Source: Craspedostauros australis
Taxonomy: Eukaryota
Assembly: GCA_030167865.1 (NCBI GenBank)
Contig: JALAGF010000807.1
Coordinates: 1-54,445, forward strand
Direction: 5' to 3'
Length of the DNA stretch: 54,445 nucleotides
The position numbers were made by a program, and so were the translations under genes. The number at the start of each line of letters is the position of its first letter. Positions within the stretch are counted from its first letter, which is position 1. Below, one piece after another: positions 8,805 through 20,730 of this stretch. Under the pieces are notes generated by a model, which was not told the origin of the DNA, did not search any database, and saw only the letters and a list, made by a program, of their open reading frames with translations.

Positions 8805-10904
8805 GGTGATTCCGAGTTGAGACTGATTGGTTGACTTTGGCTGGTTTTGATGTTGATGTTGATGTTGCTTTTGTTTTGCTGTTCTTGATGGCGAATTATG
8901 AGACCAAGATTTCCATCTCGTCACACAATTTCCCATCTCCATTTTTGCATCCGTACTTTCTGACGCCATTCAGGGTTCGCACGTACAAATTGAGGAATGT
9001 TAAGATAATCATCTAGATCATCCTATTATGTTGTATATAGTATGTGTGTGAAGTTTCAAGCTCTGGGGTCTTTTGGTTACACCGTTGTTTTCTCACAGAA
9101 AGCTACGACTATACACGTTTGGCATGCAGACGCAAGCGGGCAACTGGAGATACGAATATCCAGTCGTGCTTCAGCTTGTTTCCAGTCGTGTCCATAATCG
9201 ACACACTCACATTTCGTGTGGACAGGGTGGTTGGCTACGAAACAATGTCAAGGATTGCGCAGTGGCAGTAGGCATGATGAGGCTGCTGCTTTGTCTGGGC
9301 CTTGGATTGGTGGAAGGCATTTGGAGAGCTGTGAATACATTGGTCAGTGAGTTGCATTCTCCGTGATATCCACGGGTGGTACACCCCATTTTAGCTGTTT
9401 CCCTCACCCTGAACTTGACCTGGACCCTACCTTGTTCTCGGTTCTGCTGCTGTTCATGGCCCAAGAGGTTGACCCTAGTCCACATCTCAGTCAGCTCACA
9501 CTGCCTTCCCTCCGTATGTCCACGCTCAAGTATGGCCTTGTCCTTGCTTCAGGTCTATTCCCTGCCTGTGAGTTTGGATCTCCTCTCTGTTCATCATCGC
9601 CAACAGCCATTGTTGGCTTTTGGCCGTTGTGCCTCTGCTCTCCTCTCGGCTTCGGTGTCAATAAACTTCAAACACATGAATCACAACATGAGAAACAACA
9701 AGGAAAACAACATTACCGCCACAAGTCTCTTTCCGCACCATGCCAACAGCTCAGCAGATGACCTCGGCATCCCATGTCCACGTTGAGCAAAGCAGGTTGC
9801 GCATGACTTTGTATTAACAAACTAAGCTTCGTGTTAGATAATACTGTAATTTGTATACCATGGATAAGCCACTGTGCTCCATTACATTATATTATGCTGT
9901 GTAGTATTCGCAAGTGTTGCCGTGGACGTGGATGCGCAGGGATGCCATCACCAACACTGCGCTGTTTGACACAAGACACACAAAGGAGGCAACGAACAAC
10001 AAACCAAATCATCGACAACGCGAGGAACCAAGTTGACGCTGAATCTGCCACAACATCACCATCCAAACCGTTGGATACCATTTCGATCTGTCATCGGCCG
10101 TCAATGACGTCATGGTTTTGTCTACTTTGAGGACAATCCAGCCAGGTATTTGCGTCTCAGAAGCTAGCTAAACATATCTAAACCTAGTAGACAACACGCT
10201 ACATAACGTTCTAAAAATATCACGTTATGCAATTTCAACTTGCCAAGATCATACGTGCAAACTCTGAATTGTATTGATACGATTCTCTTCACCTGGTGTG
10301 CTACTGACATGCTGCTGTCCTTCACACAGTCTCATCTAATAGTATCTATGATTCCTGACATGTACGACTATGTGCTTGTGTTCGTTTCTCCAACTTTGTG
10401 CAGCCTTGGGAACAGCACGATCCATTTCTGTGTGTTGTCTCTGTGTGGAGAAGCTTCCTCTTCCGGCGATCTTCCCATCCCTCTTCACGTGACCTGTTGG
10501 GACACCCGCCCGCAAAGACGCAATGTCTCTTCCTTGTTTCGCTCCGAAAAGATACGATTCACTTTGCATGACCAAGACAAAGCCTCAGCGCGGAGTGTCA
10601 CGGGAGAGGCTATGTCGCGAATCGAGAAGACCGACGCTGAAATGGGATGAGCCAACAACGAGAAAGAATGCCCTGCTGCCATGATAATGCCAGCTATCAA
10701 ATGAACGGTCCAGCCCATCAGTTTGCTACTTTCTCTCTATCAATGGCTTTATCTTACAGAAGTGAACGTTTCCGACATTCCATGTCGAATGCACATGCAA
10801 CCTTGCTTTTGTGGAGCTGAAAATGGAAAGTGTCCAACATGGCTACAAGTTTGAAAAGGCGTCGACGAGCACAGCCACTATTTCCGCAGCCAGAGCACTC
10901 TCGA

Positions 10905-11744
10905 TTACAGCTCCAGAAGGGATTGCAAGACGAAAGCGCCCGCCGACATAGCAACCGATGCAATCACGATGGAGGTCTTCGAGATTGCTCCGAGACCAAC
11001 CGATGGCCCAGCCGAATCCGGCACCTTATCAAATCGCACGGAGTAGATGGCCTGCTCAAGAAGCGTGGTTTGGTTGAGGACATCATCGACGAGGGCCGTA
11101 GCGAGCGTGCTCTTCTGTATCTTATCGGATCCGGCCTTTTGCTCTGTGTCGGCATGGAAGACGGTGTAGTAGAATCGAGGGACTGGAGCATTCTGGATGT
11201 TGAACTCGTTTTCGCAAGTTATGCTGGACGCGTTGGCCTCGGTAATGAAGTCGTCCACGACATCGTCGGAGGTGGACTCCAGCATTTGGAAGCACTCGTA
11301 GGTGACGTCGTCATTCACCTGCACGAAGCAACGTTCGTTGAACTGCAGGGTGACGGTGTTAGGTGCGTCAATGTCGGGATCCATGGCTTCCTTGCATCCG
11401 TAGTAGACGGCGTTTCGCACAGATGCGACAGTGAGGTTTCTTGGTGCGCATTCCAGAGTGAGGTCCGCACCGCTTGGTGCATCGGTCTTGCCGGTGAATG
11501 CGTTCGGTCCAAAGTCGAAGTACTCCTGGCAGCTTAAGGTGTGGCACTTGTCATCGTTACCGCAGAATTCTCCCTCGTCCATGTTGCAGGTATCATTGCT
11601 GGTGACAGAGCAGGCCTGGCCATCGGCATCCACGACTTGCAGAAGCATTGATGGTGAGCACAAGACGAGTGCGACGAGGGAGAGTGTTGGCATCACGGCA
11701 GCACGGTGTCTGCGATGCGGTTGTTGGAGGCTTGTGGCTTTCAT
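10905..11744 (-). CDS. Secreted Cys-rich, putatively GPI-anchored surface protein, paralog 3 (279 aa)
   Basis: Likely ATG 11744 (MKATSLQQ). Same Cys scaffold (EFCGNDDKCH...FDFGP..FTG...ECAPR...YGC...FNERC...YECFQM) and a hydrophobic C-terminus. Confidence 0.85.
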   Translation of the reverse strand: MKATSLQQPHRRHRAAVMPTLSLVALVLCSPSMLLQVVDADGQACSVTSNDTCNMDEGEFCGNDDKCHTLSCQEYFDFGPNAFTGKTDAPSGADLTLECAPRNLTVASVRNAVYYGCKEAMDPDIDAPNTVTLQFNERCFVQVNDDVTYECFQMLESTSDDVVDDFITEANASSITCENEFNIQNAPVPRFYYTVFHADTEQKAGSDKIQKSTLATALVDDVLNQTTLLEQAIYSVRFDKVPDSAGPSVGLGAISKTSIVIASVAMSAGAFVLQSLLEL

Positions 11745-12633
11745 GGCTGTTTCTTGTTGATACTGCTGTTGCTTTGGCTTTGATTTCAGTCGGATCCAAC
11801 AGTCTGCTGAATATGGTGCTCTCTGGAGAGACAACGTGGTTTTATGATCAGATCGATCCTCTCTACATTGCGGCTTCTTGTCTCGACACATCTCCGCACA
11901 TCATGGTTGACTTGCATCTCTCCCTTTTGGCATTGGCATGTGGATCTGTCTCTCTGTTTTCATGTGATCTTGTGCCGTCATTTTCATTCGTGTTGGGTGT
12001 TGTTGCCGTTGGATCGATGTTGGGACATTGTGCGGTTTGGTTGGTGCCGTTGATTGTTGGGAGGCTGGTTTCACTCGTGTGGAGGAAGGATCCGATCTTC
12101 GTGCCACTCCGGAACTTCGTGAAGGATCTCAATACTCGCGCTTGTACCGCGCGAGTGTCTTCTTGCTCTCCTTCTCTCTCCTATCAACAACTATTGTTAC
12201 ATTTGCAAAATCTACCCTACTGTACCAAGACGAGCTACTCCGCGGCACATGATTAACTCGTACCATGAGACGAAGGGTCATCACAGAGTTGCTTGAATCT
12301 CAATCTATCGAGTTATTCTTGTCTCGTCTTACAATTACAACACTCACCACCTGTTCACATCGCACAACACTTTGCTCCTCGAACGGTTCGCGGCGCAGTA
12401 TATCATTCCATATGATATGCCGCATCGCATGTGGGTGGCACTGCCTCGCTCCAAGTCTGCATCGCGAACTCTCATTCGCTTCATTTCCATTGCATTCGTA
12501 GCTGTAGATTTCGGTGAAAGCCCATTTGAGTACTTGGCTCTCTCTGGAGAGAGAGGGAGAGTACGCAGTTCCGGCTCCTGACTAATGAGGAAGTTGTTCA
12601 TGTTCATCCTCATAGAATTGGTAACATCAGCGC

Positions 12634-13740
12634 TCACAGTGCGAAGGAAAGCACGCAAACCAAGCTCGAGAGGGCGGCGAACCGTGTCCAACGCAATTCG
12701 CGGCGAAGGCGGGCCGAGGTTGATGAATCATCAATGGGCTCGTCGAGATCAGTCGCTATTTGCTTCGAAAGGTCATCGAAATCAGCCCCGTGCTCCTTGC
12801 GAGTCTCTGTCGGTTTGTGATCATGGGCATGCGAGTCGGATGTGCTCTTTCCATTGGTTGATGTTGATCCACCAGTCGATAGATCGAACTCGGTTGTTTC
12901 GGGGATGCTGATGGTGCTTGTGACGGAAGGATCTCCACCATCCGTACCATCTGCACCATCCGTGCCATCCGTGCCATCGGTACCGCCTTGAGTTCCGCTC
13001 TCTCCCGACCGTCCACCTGCGCCATCTTCTTGTGCTAACAATGGGTTGGGCTTCAGCATCGATCGGAACGTGAAGTTCAATGCCAGGTCTAGATCGAACG
13101 ACCTCGTTTTCAGCACCGCCGTCCCGTCAATCTTGAGACTATTGATGGTGCTGCCGAAGAACACGGGGTAGTAGAACACGGGAGTGAGGTCCACTTCCTG
13201 CCGTCCGCATGAGACTGGATTTTCCTCCACCTCCTTCACGAAATCCACAAAGAACGTCAAGGCGTTCACCTGCAGACATTCGAAGATGGCACTGTCGCCC
13301 ACCTTCGCGCTGCAACGCTCGTTGAAGCTCATGGAACTGCCGCTCTCGATGGGTTCGTTGAGGGAAGGCTCGCAACCGTACCGCACGGCGGCTCGTTCGA
13401 TCTCATCCAAGACTGCGTACGGTTCGCACGCCAATGGGAATGCTTCCGACGCAGCTTCGATACCGGTGAATTCCTTGGGACCGAACCGGAACCATTCCGC
13501 GCAATTGAAGCGATGGCATGCACCGTCGCTGCCGCAGAACTTGTCGCTGTGACAGAATGTACTGCAATTCCCCACGTTGGTAATGACGACACTGCTGCCA
13601 TCGGTACTGTTGGTGCTATTGTTTGACGATGCCACCGCCATCATCATCGACAGAACCAGGTATAGCAGCGCCATCTTGGACATGTTAGTGTTACTGGCAG
13701 TGTGATTGGTACTTGTATCACCATTGGCGGCAGAGTTCAT
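12634..13740 (-). CDS. Secreted Cys-rich, putatively GPI-anchored surface protein, paralog 4 (divergent; GTD-repeat linker)
   Basis: Signal-like MSKMALLYLVLSMMMAVASS (alternative ATG 13683). FCGSDGACH...FRFGP.EFTG...YGC...FNERC...FECLQ. GTDGTDGTDGADGTDG linker and terminal hydrophobic FAALSSLVCVLSFAL. Confidence 0.82.
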   Translation of the reverse strand: MNSAANGDTSTNHTASNTNMSKMALLYLVLSMMMAVASSNNSTNSTDGSSVVITNVGNCSTFCHSDKFCGSDGACHRFNCAEWFRFGPKEFTGIEAASEAFPLACEPYAVLDEIERAAVRYGCEPSLNEPIESGSSMSFNERCSAKVGDSAIFECLQVNALTFFVDFVKEVEENPVSCGRQEVDLTPVFYYPVFFGSTINSLKIDGTAVLKTRSFDLDLALNFTFRSMLKPNPLLAQEDGAGGRSGESGTQGGTDGTDGTDGADGTDGGDPSVTSTISIPETTEFDLSTGGSTSTNGKSTSDSHAHDHKPTETRKEHGADFDDLSKQIATDLDEPIDDSSTSARLRRELRWTRFAALSSLVCVLSFAL

Positions 13741-14565
13741 CTTGCCCGACGTTGATCACCGACGAAATTGAATGGGCAAAAAGAAACAAGGCCAACCGTG
13801 GGTATCTTCGTCGACAGGGTCATCCAAAACGAGGGAGAGGTTCTGCGGTGATGTGTCGGTCTCCATCACATGCGGAGAGCGTCGCAGCACTCTGCTCACT
13901 GTTCTGTGCGAGCGACATGATCTACTCGAGCTGTGTTGGTACGTAGTCGTACGTGAAGAGAAGAACTGTTGTGCCCAAAAGCCGCGCCAAATTGTGCCAA
14001 ACATGTGATGGTAACTCTTTTCTTCGCTGTGTCTTGCGTGGAGAACGTTTTCGCCAAAGTTTCGAGACTTTTTCCTTTTTTGGATCGACGTTGTGGGGCA
14101 CCTGCGTGCCATGTACGTTAAATAGGCGTTATAATGACTACACTAGTCCCTCGTACAGATCATTCTTGTTATCGCCGAATTTCACCGATGGAATGGGAAA
14201 GAAGAACGTGGAACGACCGGGACGACAACAACGACCGCTTCCACAGTTTTGATCCACGATGCTGACTTCGCTGATCACTGCGCGAGAACAACATGGACAT
14301 CAAGATGGCGACACCGAACGACGGAGACGTGCTCTTGGGCCGCAACGAACGTCTCTCATCCTCGGCGATGTTTGCGTCTCATTCTGCTTCCACAGTGTGT
14401 AGTCCGTCGAGCGCGAACACACTCGAGAGGATGACGACGATGTGATCACAAATCGCGAGGCAAGTGCATCTCTGCCACAAATCCAAGTCGCTCCGCACAC
14501 CCGCACGTAACGGTTTAGCCGCACCCACGGTCACCATTGCGACCCTTCGACTCCTCCTCGTGCTG

Positions 14566-15747
14566 ATGCTAAGCAGCCGCTTGTCCAGAGCCTTCGTTTC
14601 CGCACTTCCCTTCCGTGCTACTGGCATTGCCACCATCGTAACAACTGATCACAGCGACTCCATTCCAACCAGCCACACCATGTCCGCAACCAACACCGAC
14701 ACCAAAACCGCGCCAGTTTATGGCAGCGCCGGCGTCACGTCCGACGATCAAACCAACGCAGCCGCACGTCGTGCCAAGGGCGAATTCGTTCGCGGCGTTT
14801 CCACCGCACGTAACTTCATCTCGTCCGAACCTGATGCCATGTATCCGCCTGCCAAGGGTCGATACCATCTCTACGTGGCTTACAACTGCCCCTGGTGTCA
14901 CCGCGTGCTGCTGGCACGGTCCATGCTGGGATTGCAGGATGCCATCACCGTCGATGTGCTCTTCCCCAACCGATCCACCGAGAAGGACACCGACCGTGGC
15001 CCTAACCTTTGGAAGTTCTGTCCCGACGGCCAGGTCGGCGGCAACGGGGCCCACATCCAATTCCCCGAGTGCACGGTGGACACTGTCAACGGCAAGAAGT
15101 ATGCCAAGGAAGTCTACGAGATGTGCGGCATCGACGACCAAAAGAGCGTCCCGATCTTGTTCGACAAGCAGACCAAGACCGTCGTGTCCAACGAGAGTGC
15201 CGAGATCGTGCGCATGTTGGGGCAACACATGAAGGAGCTCGGAACGACTTCGCTGGATATGTACCCCACCGAGCTGGCGTCACAAATCGATGAGGTCAAC
15301 GATTGGATCTACAAGGAGATCAACAACGGCTCGTACAAGGCTGGGTTTTCGAGCAGCCAGGAAGTGTACGAGGGTGCGTATCACACCTACTTTGCCGCGT
15401 TGTCCAAGCTGGATACGATGCTTTCCAGCCGCAAGTACTTGGTCAGCGACGATGCACCCACAGAGGCAGATCTGCGCTTGTTCCCGACGTTGTACCGTCA
15501 TGACCCCATCTACTACAATCGTTTCAAGCTGAACATGAAGTTCTTGTACCAGTACAAGAACGTTTGGCGTTGGATGTCCGACATGATGGCCTTGGACGGC
15601 ATGGATGAAGTGACGAACAAGTCGTACTTGCAGCACTGCAAGCAGGGATACTACGGACGCACTGGGAACAACACGGTCCCCATTGGCCCTGTGGGATACC
15701 CGGAGTGCTACAAGGATCCACAATGGACGCCCAGCAAGGCTGACTAG
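14566..15747 (+). CDS. Xi-class glutathione S-transferase / glutathionyl-hydroquinone reductase (YqjG/Ecm4-like)
   Basis: GRYHLYVAYNCPWCHR, SVPILFDK...VSNESAEI, INNGSYKAGF and TEADLRLFPTLYRHD..Y match the GHR family. First ATG is 14566, second 14680; the ORF-track start is GTG. Confidence 0.9.
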   Translation: MLSSRLSRAFVSALPFRATGIATIVTTDHSDSIPTSHTMSATNTDTKTAPVYGSAGVTSDDQTNAAARRAKGEFVRGVSTARNFISSEPDAMYPPAKGRYHLYVAYNCPWCHRVLLARSMLGLQDAITVDVLFPNRSTEKDTDRGPNLWKFCPDGQVGGNGAHIQFPECTVDTVNGKKYAKEVYEMCGIDDQKSVPILFDKQTKTVVSNESAEIVRMLGQHMKELGTTSLDMYPTELASQIDEVNDWIYKEINNGSYKAGFSSSQEVYEGAYHTYFAALSKLDTMLSSRKYLVSDDAPTEADLRLFPTLYRHDPIYYNRFKLNMKFLYQYKNVWRWMSDMMALDGMDEVTNKSYLQHCKQGYYGRTGNNTVPIGPVGYPECYKDPQWTPSKAD

Positions 15748-16137
15748 AGCACTCGCAGAAGAGCGCTAGGTCATCTCGAGCCTCATCAGGAGGTACTCAT
15801 CAGCACATGGTGAATTGCAATTTGAAACGCAGGAGAAACACAGGAATAACGTAGGAACAAAACACGCATGTTATCAGCATGGTATTCCGCACCAAGTTGT
15901 ATCGTCATCATGGCACAGCAAGATCGATGGTGCACAATGAAAGTAGCAATTTGTCAACATGTATTCGTGTGATGAACTCTGGAGATACTGCTTTCAAGCC
16001 TTTTCAAGTCTTTGTGTCACCACATACCATAGTGGCACGATGGAAGAATACAAATGGGATGCATAATGTTGGAAGAAGTGCTCTTCTCATCAGGATTAAC
16101 AGAATGCATTCGAGTAGAGTACTTGAACTCGTATTAT

Positions 16138-19100
16138 TCAACCAGTGGTGGTGTCCATGTCGATGCCTTCACCGATCACCCAGTCCTGATCATCCTCCAT
16201 GAGGCTGATGAAAATATCTTCCGAGCCATCCCCGGCAGGGAACATGTCTTCTGGCACCATGGTGAGATGCGGAGGGAGGAATGAATTTTGTCGTTCGTGT
16301 GTTGGTGCTGGAGCCGCAGCAATGTGCTGTTGTTGTTGCTGCTGCTGAACTGGTTGTTGCTGGTGTTGTGGTTGCTGCTGTGGCTGGTATTGTGGAATTG
16401 CCTGCTGTTGTTGTTGCTGCTGCTGCTGCTGCTGCATGGAAGGCATCATGGGCATTGGTTGCTGCTGCTGTGGTGGCACCGTCTGTAACTGGGGCTGCGG
16501 CAAGGCGTGGTGCGTTGCCAATGTGTTGCCATGATACTGCATTGGCTGCTGTTGCAGAGGGATGGACGAGGAACCCACTTGCATCGGCATCGCGCTGTAG
16601 TACGTCTGTTCCACGGGTTGCATGACATTTATATTGGACATGGTCATCTGCGGTTGGGGTTGAGATTGCAGAGCAACAGGCGCGGGTTGGAGGTTGCCGT
16701 AATTCGTGTGGCTCATGGCCTGCGGCGCGTTCGAAATGGCCATCTTCATGCCAGGAGCGCCATTGGCAACAGATGCAACCCCAACCGCGGATGGCACCAT
16801 CGTTGGGGAATAGGGCATGGGCGGTTTCGATGCTGGAATGACCGCCTTGCAAAAACCAAGCACGTTTTCAATATGTGAAAGTGCGGTGTTCTGCGCTTCC
16901 TCCGGGGTGATGTACGGCTGCTGTGGAATATGATGATGTCCATACTGCCCGTCGCCGTCCATGCTCAATGCGGAGGAAGACCGCTTCAGCGATCCCGACG
17001 AGGGTCCTCCACGATCAAGGTCTCCTTTGCAACTGCCATGATTTGAGCCGCTGTCGTTCTGGGCTTCCTCCTTCTGACCCAACGACTCAAAGGACGGTCG
17101 CCTGGACAAGCGTCGCAGAGCCGGCGCCGAAACGAAAGGCGTGACCTTTGGCATGCTGTTGATGATTCGATCCAGCCGCTCGTTGAGGATGTACAGATTG
17201 GCAGCAACGTTGTATTCCTTCTTGACTTGGAACTTTTCCGTTTTCACCCGCTTGTCAGCGTCAGCCTTGCGTTCGCTTCCGATGCGCGTCTTCAGCTTGT
17301 CCTTGTTTTGATGCACCCACGCGTAGAGATCGATTCGTTGGTTCGGAGACAGTGTGCCGTGCATGTTGTGTTCACGTTGCCGCGTTCGGATTGAGACGGT
17401 GTGGAAGGCATCGCACAAGGATTTCGATGTCAACGCCGACGATCGAGCTTTGTGACGTTCGACCCACGATGGCATGGATTGCAGCAACGTGCGCTGATAC
17501 TGGCGTACTCGTTCTTCCTGGTCATGCGAGAGCCCAATCTCATTGCACACCAGCGGCCACATGTTGTTGTTCGGTGGTGCTCGGTCCTTTCCAGATTGCA
17601 GCATCTGGACACGCAGTTGAAGAAGAAGCAGAAAGTAGAGAAGGAAGAAATAGGAACAAAGGGACATATAGATAAAGAGACAGTGTGAGGTTTGGCCTGT
17701 TGTCGCCATCAAATACCAATTCACATTTGGTTGAGAGGCTAATCCATGTCTTGTTTGGCACAGCACGCACCTTCTCCCCTATCCTCGCTGCTGACAACCG
17801 ATCGCTTGGTGATCTACCACCTCGAAAGAAGGTATCGCTTTGTAGCGTGAGCCACAACACAAATTTGCTTTGTGGTGGCAAAGCGAAGCTCTTGCATTGC
17901 TGCGTCCAAAAGGTGGAGACGACCAGCATCTCTTGGCTGCAACGATTGAGTTGACGATCGAGCAAGTGCAGCGCCCCGGGTGCATTGCTGGTGTTGGTGG
18001 TGGCACTTTGAACTGCCTGCTGCCGTTTTGAGAGAATGGTGGAGACTGCCTTCGAGGCATGATCGCGACGACCACCGTCGAGCTCATTGGACAACGTCTT
18101 GACCTTCTCTTCGAGGACTTCGAGGTAATGCTTGCGACGCCGTCTGGAGAGGCGGGCCGATTCTCGGTTGCGTTCCAGCCGCTTTTGACGGCGGGCCGTT
18201 AGCGCGTCTTCCGGCGCGTTCTTCTTCTTGGGGCTTGATGGCATTGCCGAGGCGGAGGACTGCGACAGGTTGCTGCTGGAATTGGTTTTGGATCCCGTTG
18301 ACAAGTTGCTGTTGCTGTAGGAGACGACAATGGATGAGATGTTGGGCGAGTTGGGATGGCCGTCGAGAGCAGTGAGGGAGGAGCTCTTGGTGACTTTCTT
18401 GTAGGACTTGTGCTTGGTGTGCACGGAGACTGGCGTCTTGTCCTGACCCTTGAGAGATGACGACGATGTGACGTGTGGAAGGCTGGTGCTGCTGCTGTTC
18501 TTGATGATGTTGATACGAGTTGCGGATCCATGTTGGTGTTGCTGGTGCAGCTGCTTGTTTCGACTTTGCCCATCTGCATGGCCGCACCCAGTGGCAGTCG
18601 GCACGAAATACGTGTCTCCGGGTTGGATGATCCCCGAAATGGATCCCGGAATTGGCACGCCTGTTGGAGTCACTGCACCCGACCATTGCTGCTGCTGCTG
18701 CTGCTGCGTTTGCTGCTGCGTTTGAAGCGGATCGGGAGTTTCCGTGTATGAATGACCCTGAACTTGCGTCCTCGGCTGTATTTGTGGTTGCATGGAAGGA
18801 GGGGCTGATGTTGACGCTGATGCCGATGGTGGATGCAGCTGCGGCATTGGGGGTGGTTGCTGATGGGCATTGCCACTCACATTCGCATTCGCACTCGCGT
18901 TCACGTTGCTGTTCACATTGGAGTTGGGGTTGCCATTCATGCTGGCACTAGGTGCTGCATTTGGATCGGCCAGTTGCCGCCGCGCTTGTCCTGACTGCTG
19001 CGACTGCTGCAAAGCCTCCGCAGAAGTCATGCTTCCAAACGAGCTGTTAGCGATTGTGGACACAGGAGACGGCGCGACGCAACCCAATGCCGATGACGCT

Positions 19101-19318
19101 GGAAACGCGGTTGGTGCTGACGAAGGCCTGTTATCTGTCGATAGACCGAATGCAACTGGACGAGACAAATCGATTCGCAGAGAGGTCGGAGTGGTTGGGC
19201 GACTTTGATTTGGCTTCGATGGGGCTGCTTGGACAGTCGCAGCGGAAGAAAGAGAAGGAGCGGAGACAGGGGAAGCGCTGCTTGTTGTTCCTTTCCTGTT
19301 TGCGCCCGCTGTTCCCAT
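16138..19318 (-). CDS. bZIP transcription factor, two exons (19318-17771, 17604-16138), ~1004 aa, with poly-Q tracts
   Basis: Basic region RRQKRLERNRESARLSRRRRKHYLEVLEEKV followed by a zipper. Phase-0 intron GTGCGT...TCCAG (17770-17605) joins the two ORFs in frame. First ATG is 19318; a further upstream exon is possible (acceptor-like TTATAG ending at 19334). Confidence 0.85.
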
Positions 19319-20412
19319 CTCAACTTGTGGCAACTATAATGTGAGCTGCAAGTAGAGAGGAGTGTAGCGCACTGGTGCCCTCGTGTGCCTTGTATGCTTG
19401 GCTTGTATGCTTGCGTTGGTATCGTTGGTATAGCGGGTATCGTACTGCCTTTGCTCCTGAAGTACGTCACTCTTGGATCCTTTGATGGAGTCGGTCTCTC
19501 GAACGTCTTCCTCCACCAGTGTTCGCAGCCTTGCGTATGCTGCTCCTGCTGTCCAAGCCCGCCAAGGTCCCTCCCCCTTTCTGCCCGCTCTACTCCACTC
19601 CACTACACTCCAGTCAGCGTTTTTTGTGCACAAATGCTGGCTGCTGTTCGCAGTTTTTCGCGCCAAACTGTTGCTGAAGTTCCTGGTCCAACGTGGTGGG
19701 ACGTTGTTCAAAACGGAACCCAATTGCCTTCGTCTCCCTTCCTCAATCCGTCCACCCTTCTGCGGCACGAACTCAGCAAGCCTCTCGAGAGGACGGATGC
19801 AGGCTCTGAGTGCTTCCGCTGATGCCTGTTCTTTTGTTACTGTTTGTTCTTGCGGAATAGAGGAGAGCAGTATGGTACTCTCCAGAGGGGTTGATGTGAA
19901 TGGGTTCCAGAGACGAAAGAGTTGCGTCTTTCCCTCTTTTCTTTGAACCTGGTGGTGGGCATCCACAAACGGCACAACAGGAGTTGATGTTGTTGCCTTT
20001 GTGTGTGTGTCTTTCAGCTGCAACAGACACGTGCGTCCCAGTCTCTCGTTCTCTGTGGACGATCCACACAACCAAACCTTGGTGCAGATTTCGCGGCGGA
20101 GCAGCGAGTAGGTCGTAGCGTGCAGAATGACGAATTCACGTTCTTCTTCTGTTTTCCTTTCGTCACTCCTTCGTTCGCTCGTTCTCTTGTTCCCTCGTTC
20201 CCTCGTTCGTTTCGCGTTTTCGTTCGTACTTCGCGCAGGCAAATCTCAGTTTGTATCTTTTCGAGTGATCGTCTTGCGTGAGATTCGGATTCGTGCAAAA
20301 TGAGAACTGTGATCATACGCCTCATCCTCAGATACTAATGCTAACACGGTTTTGAATTAACGATACTACGATCGATAACCGTATTATAACCTTCGTGGGA
20401 CACGTAGTTCAG

Positions 20413-20498
20413 TGACGTGTGGACTTCGCTGAGCGAAATTTGATTGGCTATGACGTCATTTGAAGATGTGATGCAGCGCATGACTTGCCATCACGTCA
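20413..20498. promoter_or_regulatory. Cluster of three TGACGT elements (including perfect ATGACGTCAT) plus a CCAAT box upstream of the bZIP gene
   Basis: TGACGT at 20413-20418, ATTGG at 20443-20447, ATGACGTCAT at 20450-20459, ACGTCA at 20493-20498. Confidence 0.55.
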
Positions 20499-20730
20499 TT
20501 CACGAATGGCAACTTCGCTCCCAACCGCAGACAGACTTGCTTTCGGAATTGTAGCCTGTTTTCAGTCATGGATGAGTCACACTTTTCGAATCCGAACATC
20601 GACAGAAGGATTGATCGTTTGGATACGGACACCCACGCCCACCTTCCTCGCTGTTGCGGCAACACGGGTCGACCATGACCAACTTCGCACACGTGCCCCG
20701 TCATGACGCACTCGTCTCTCTTGCTCCGTC

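Noticed and set aside
8998-9819. TGTTAA...TTAACA as solo-LTR or TIR ends
   Set aside because: Only a 6-bp match, with no target-site duplication.
16320-16470. CAG/CAA repeats (also 18687-18720, 30510-30660) and GAT/GAC repeats at 2443-2540
   Set aside because: Ordinary coding poly-Gln and poly-Asp tracts.
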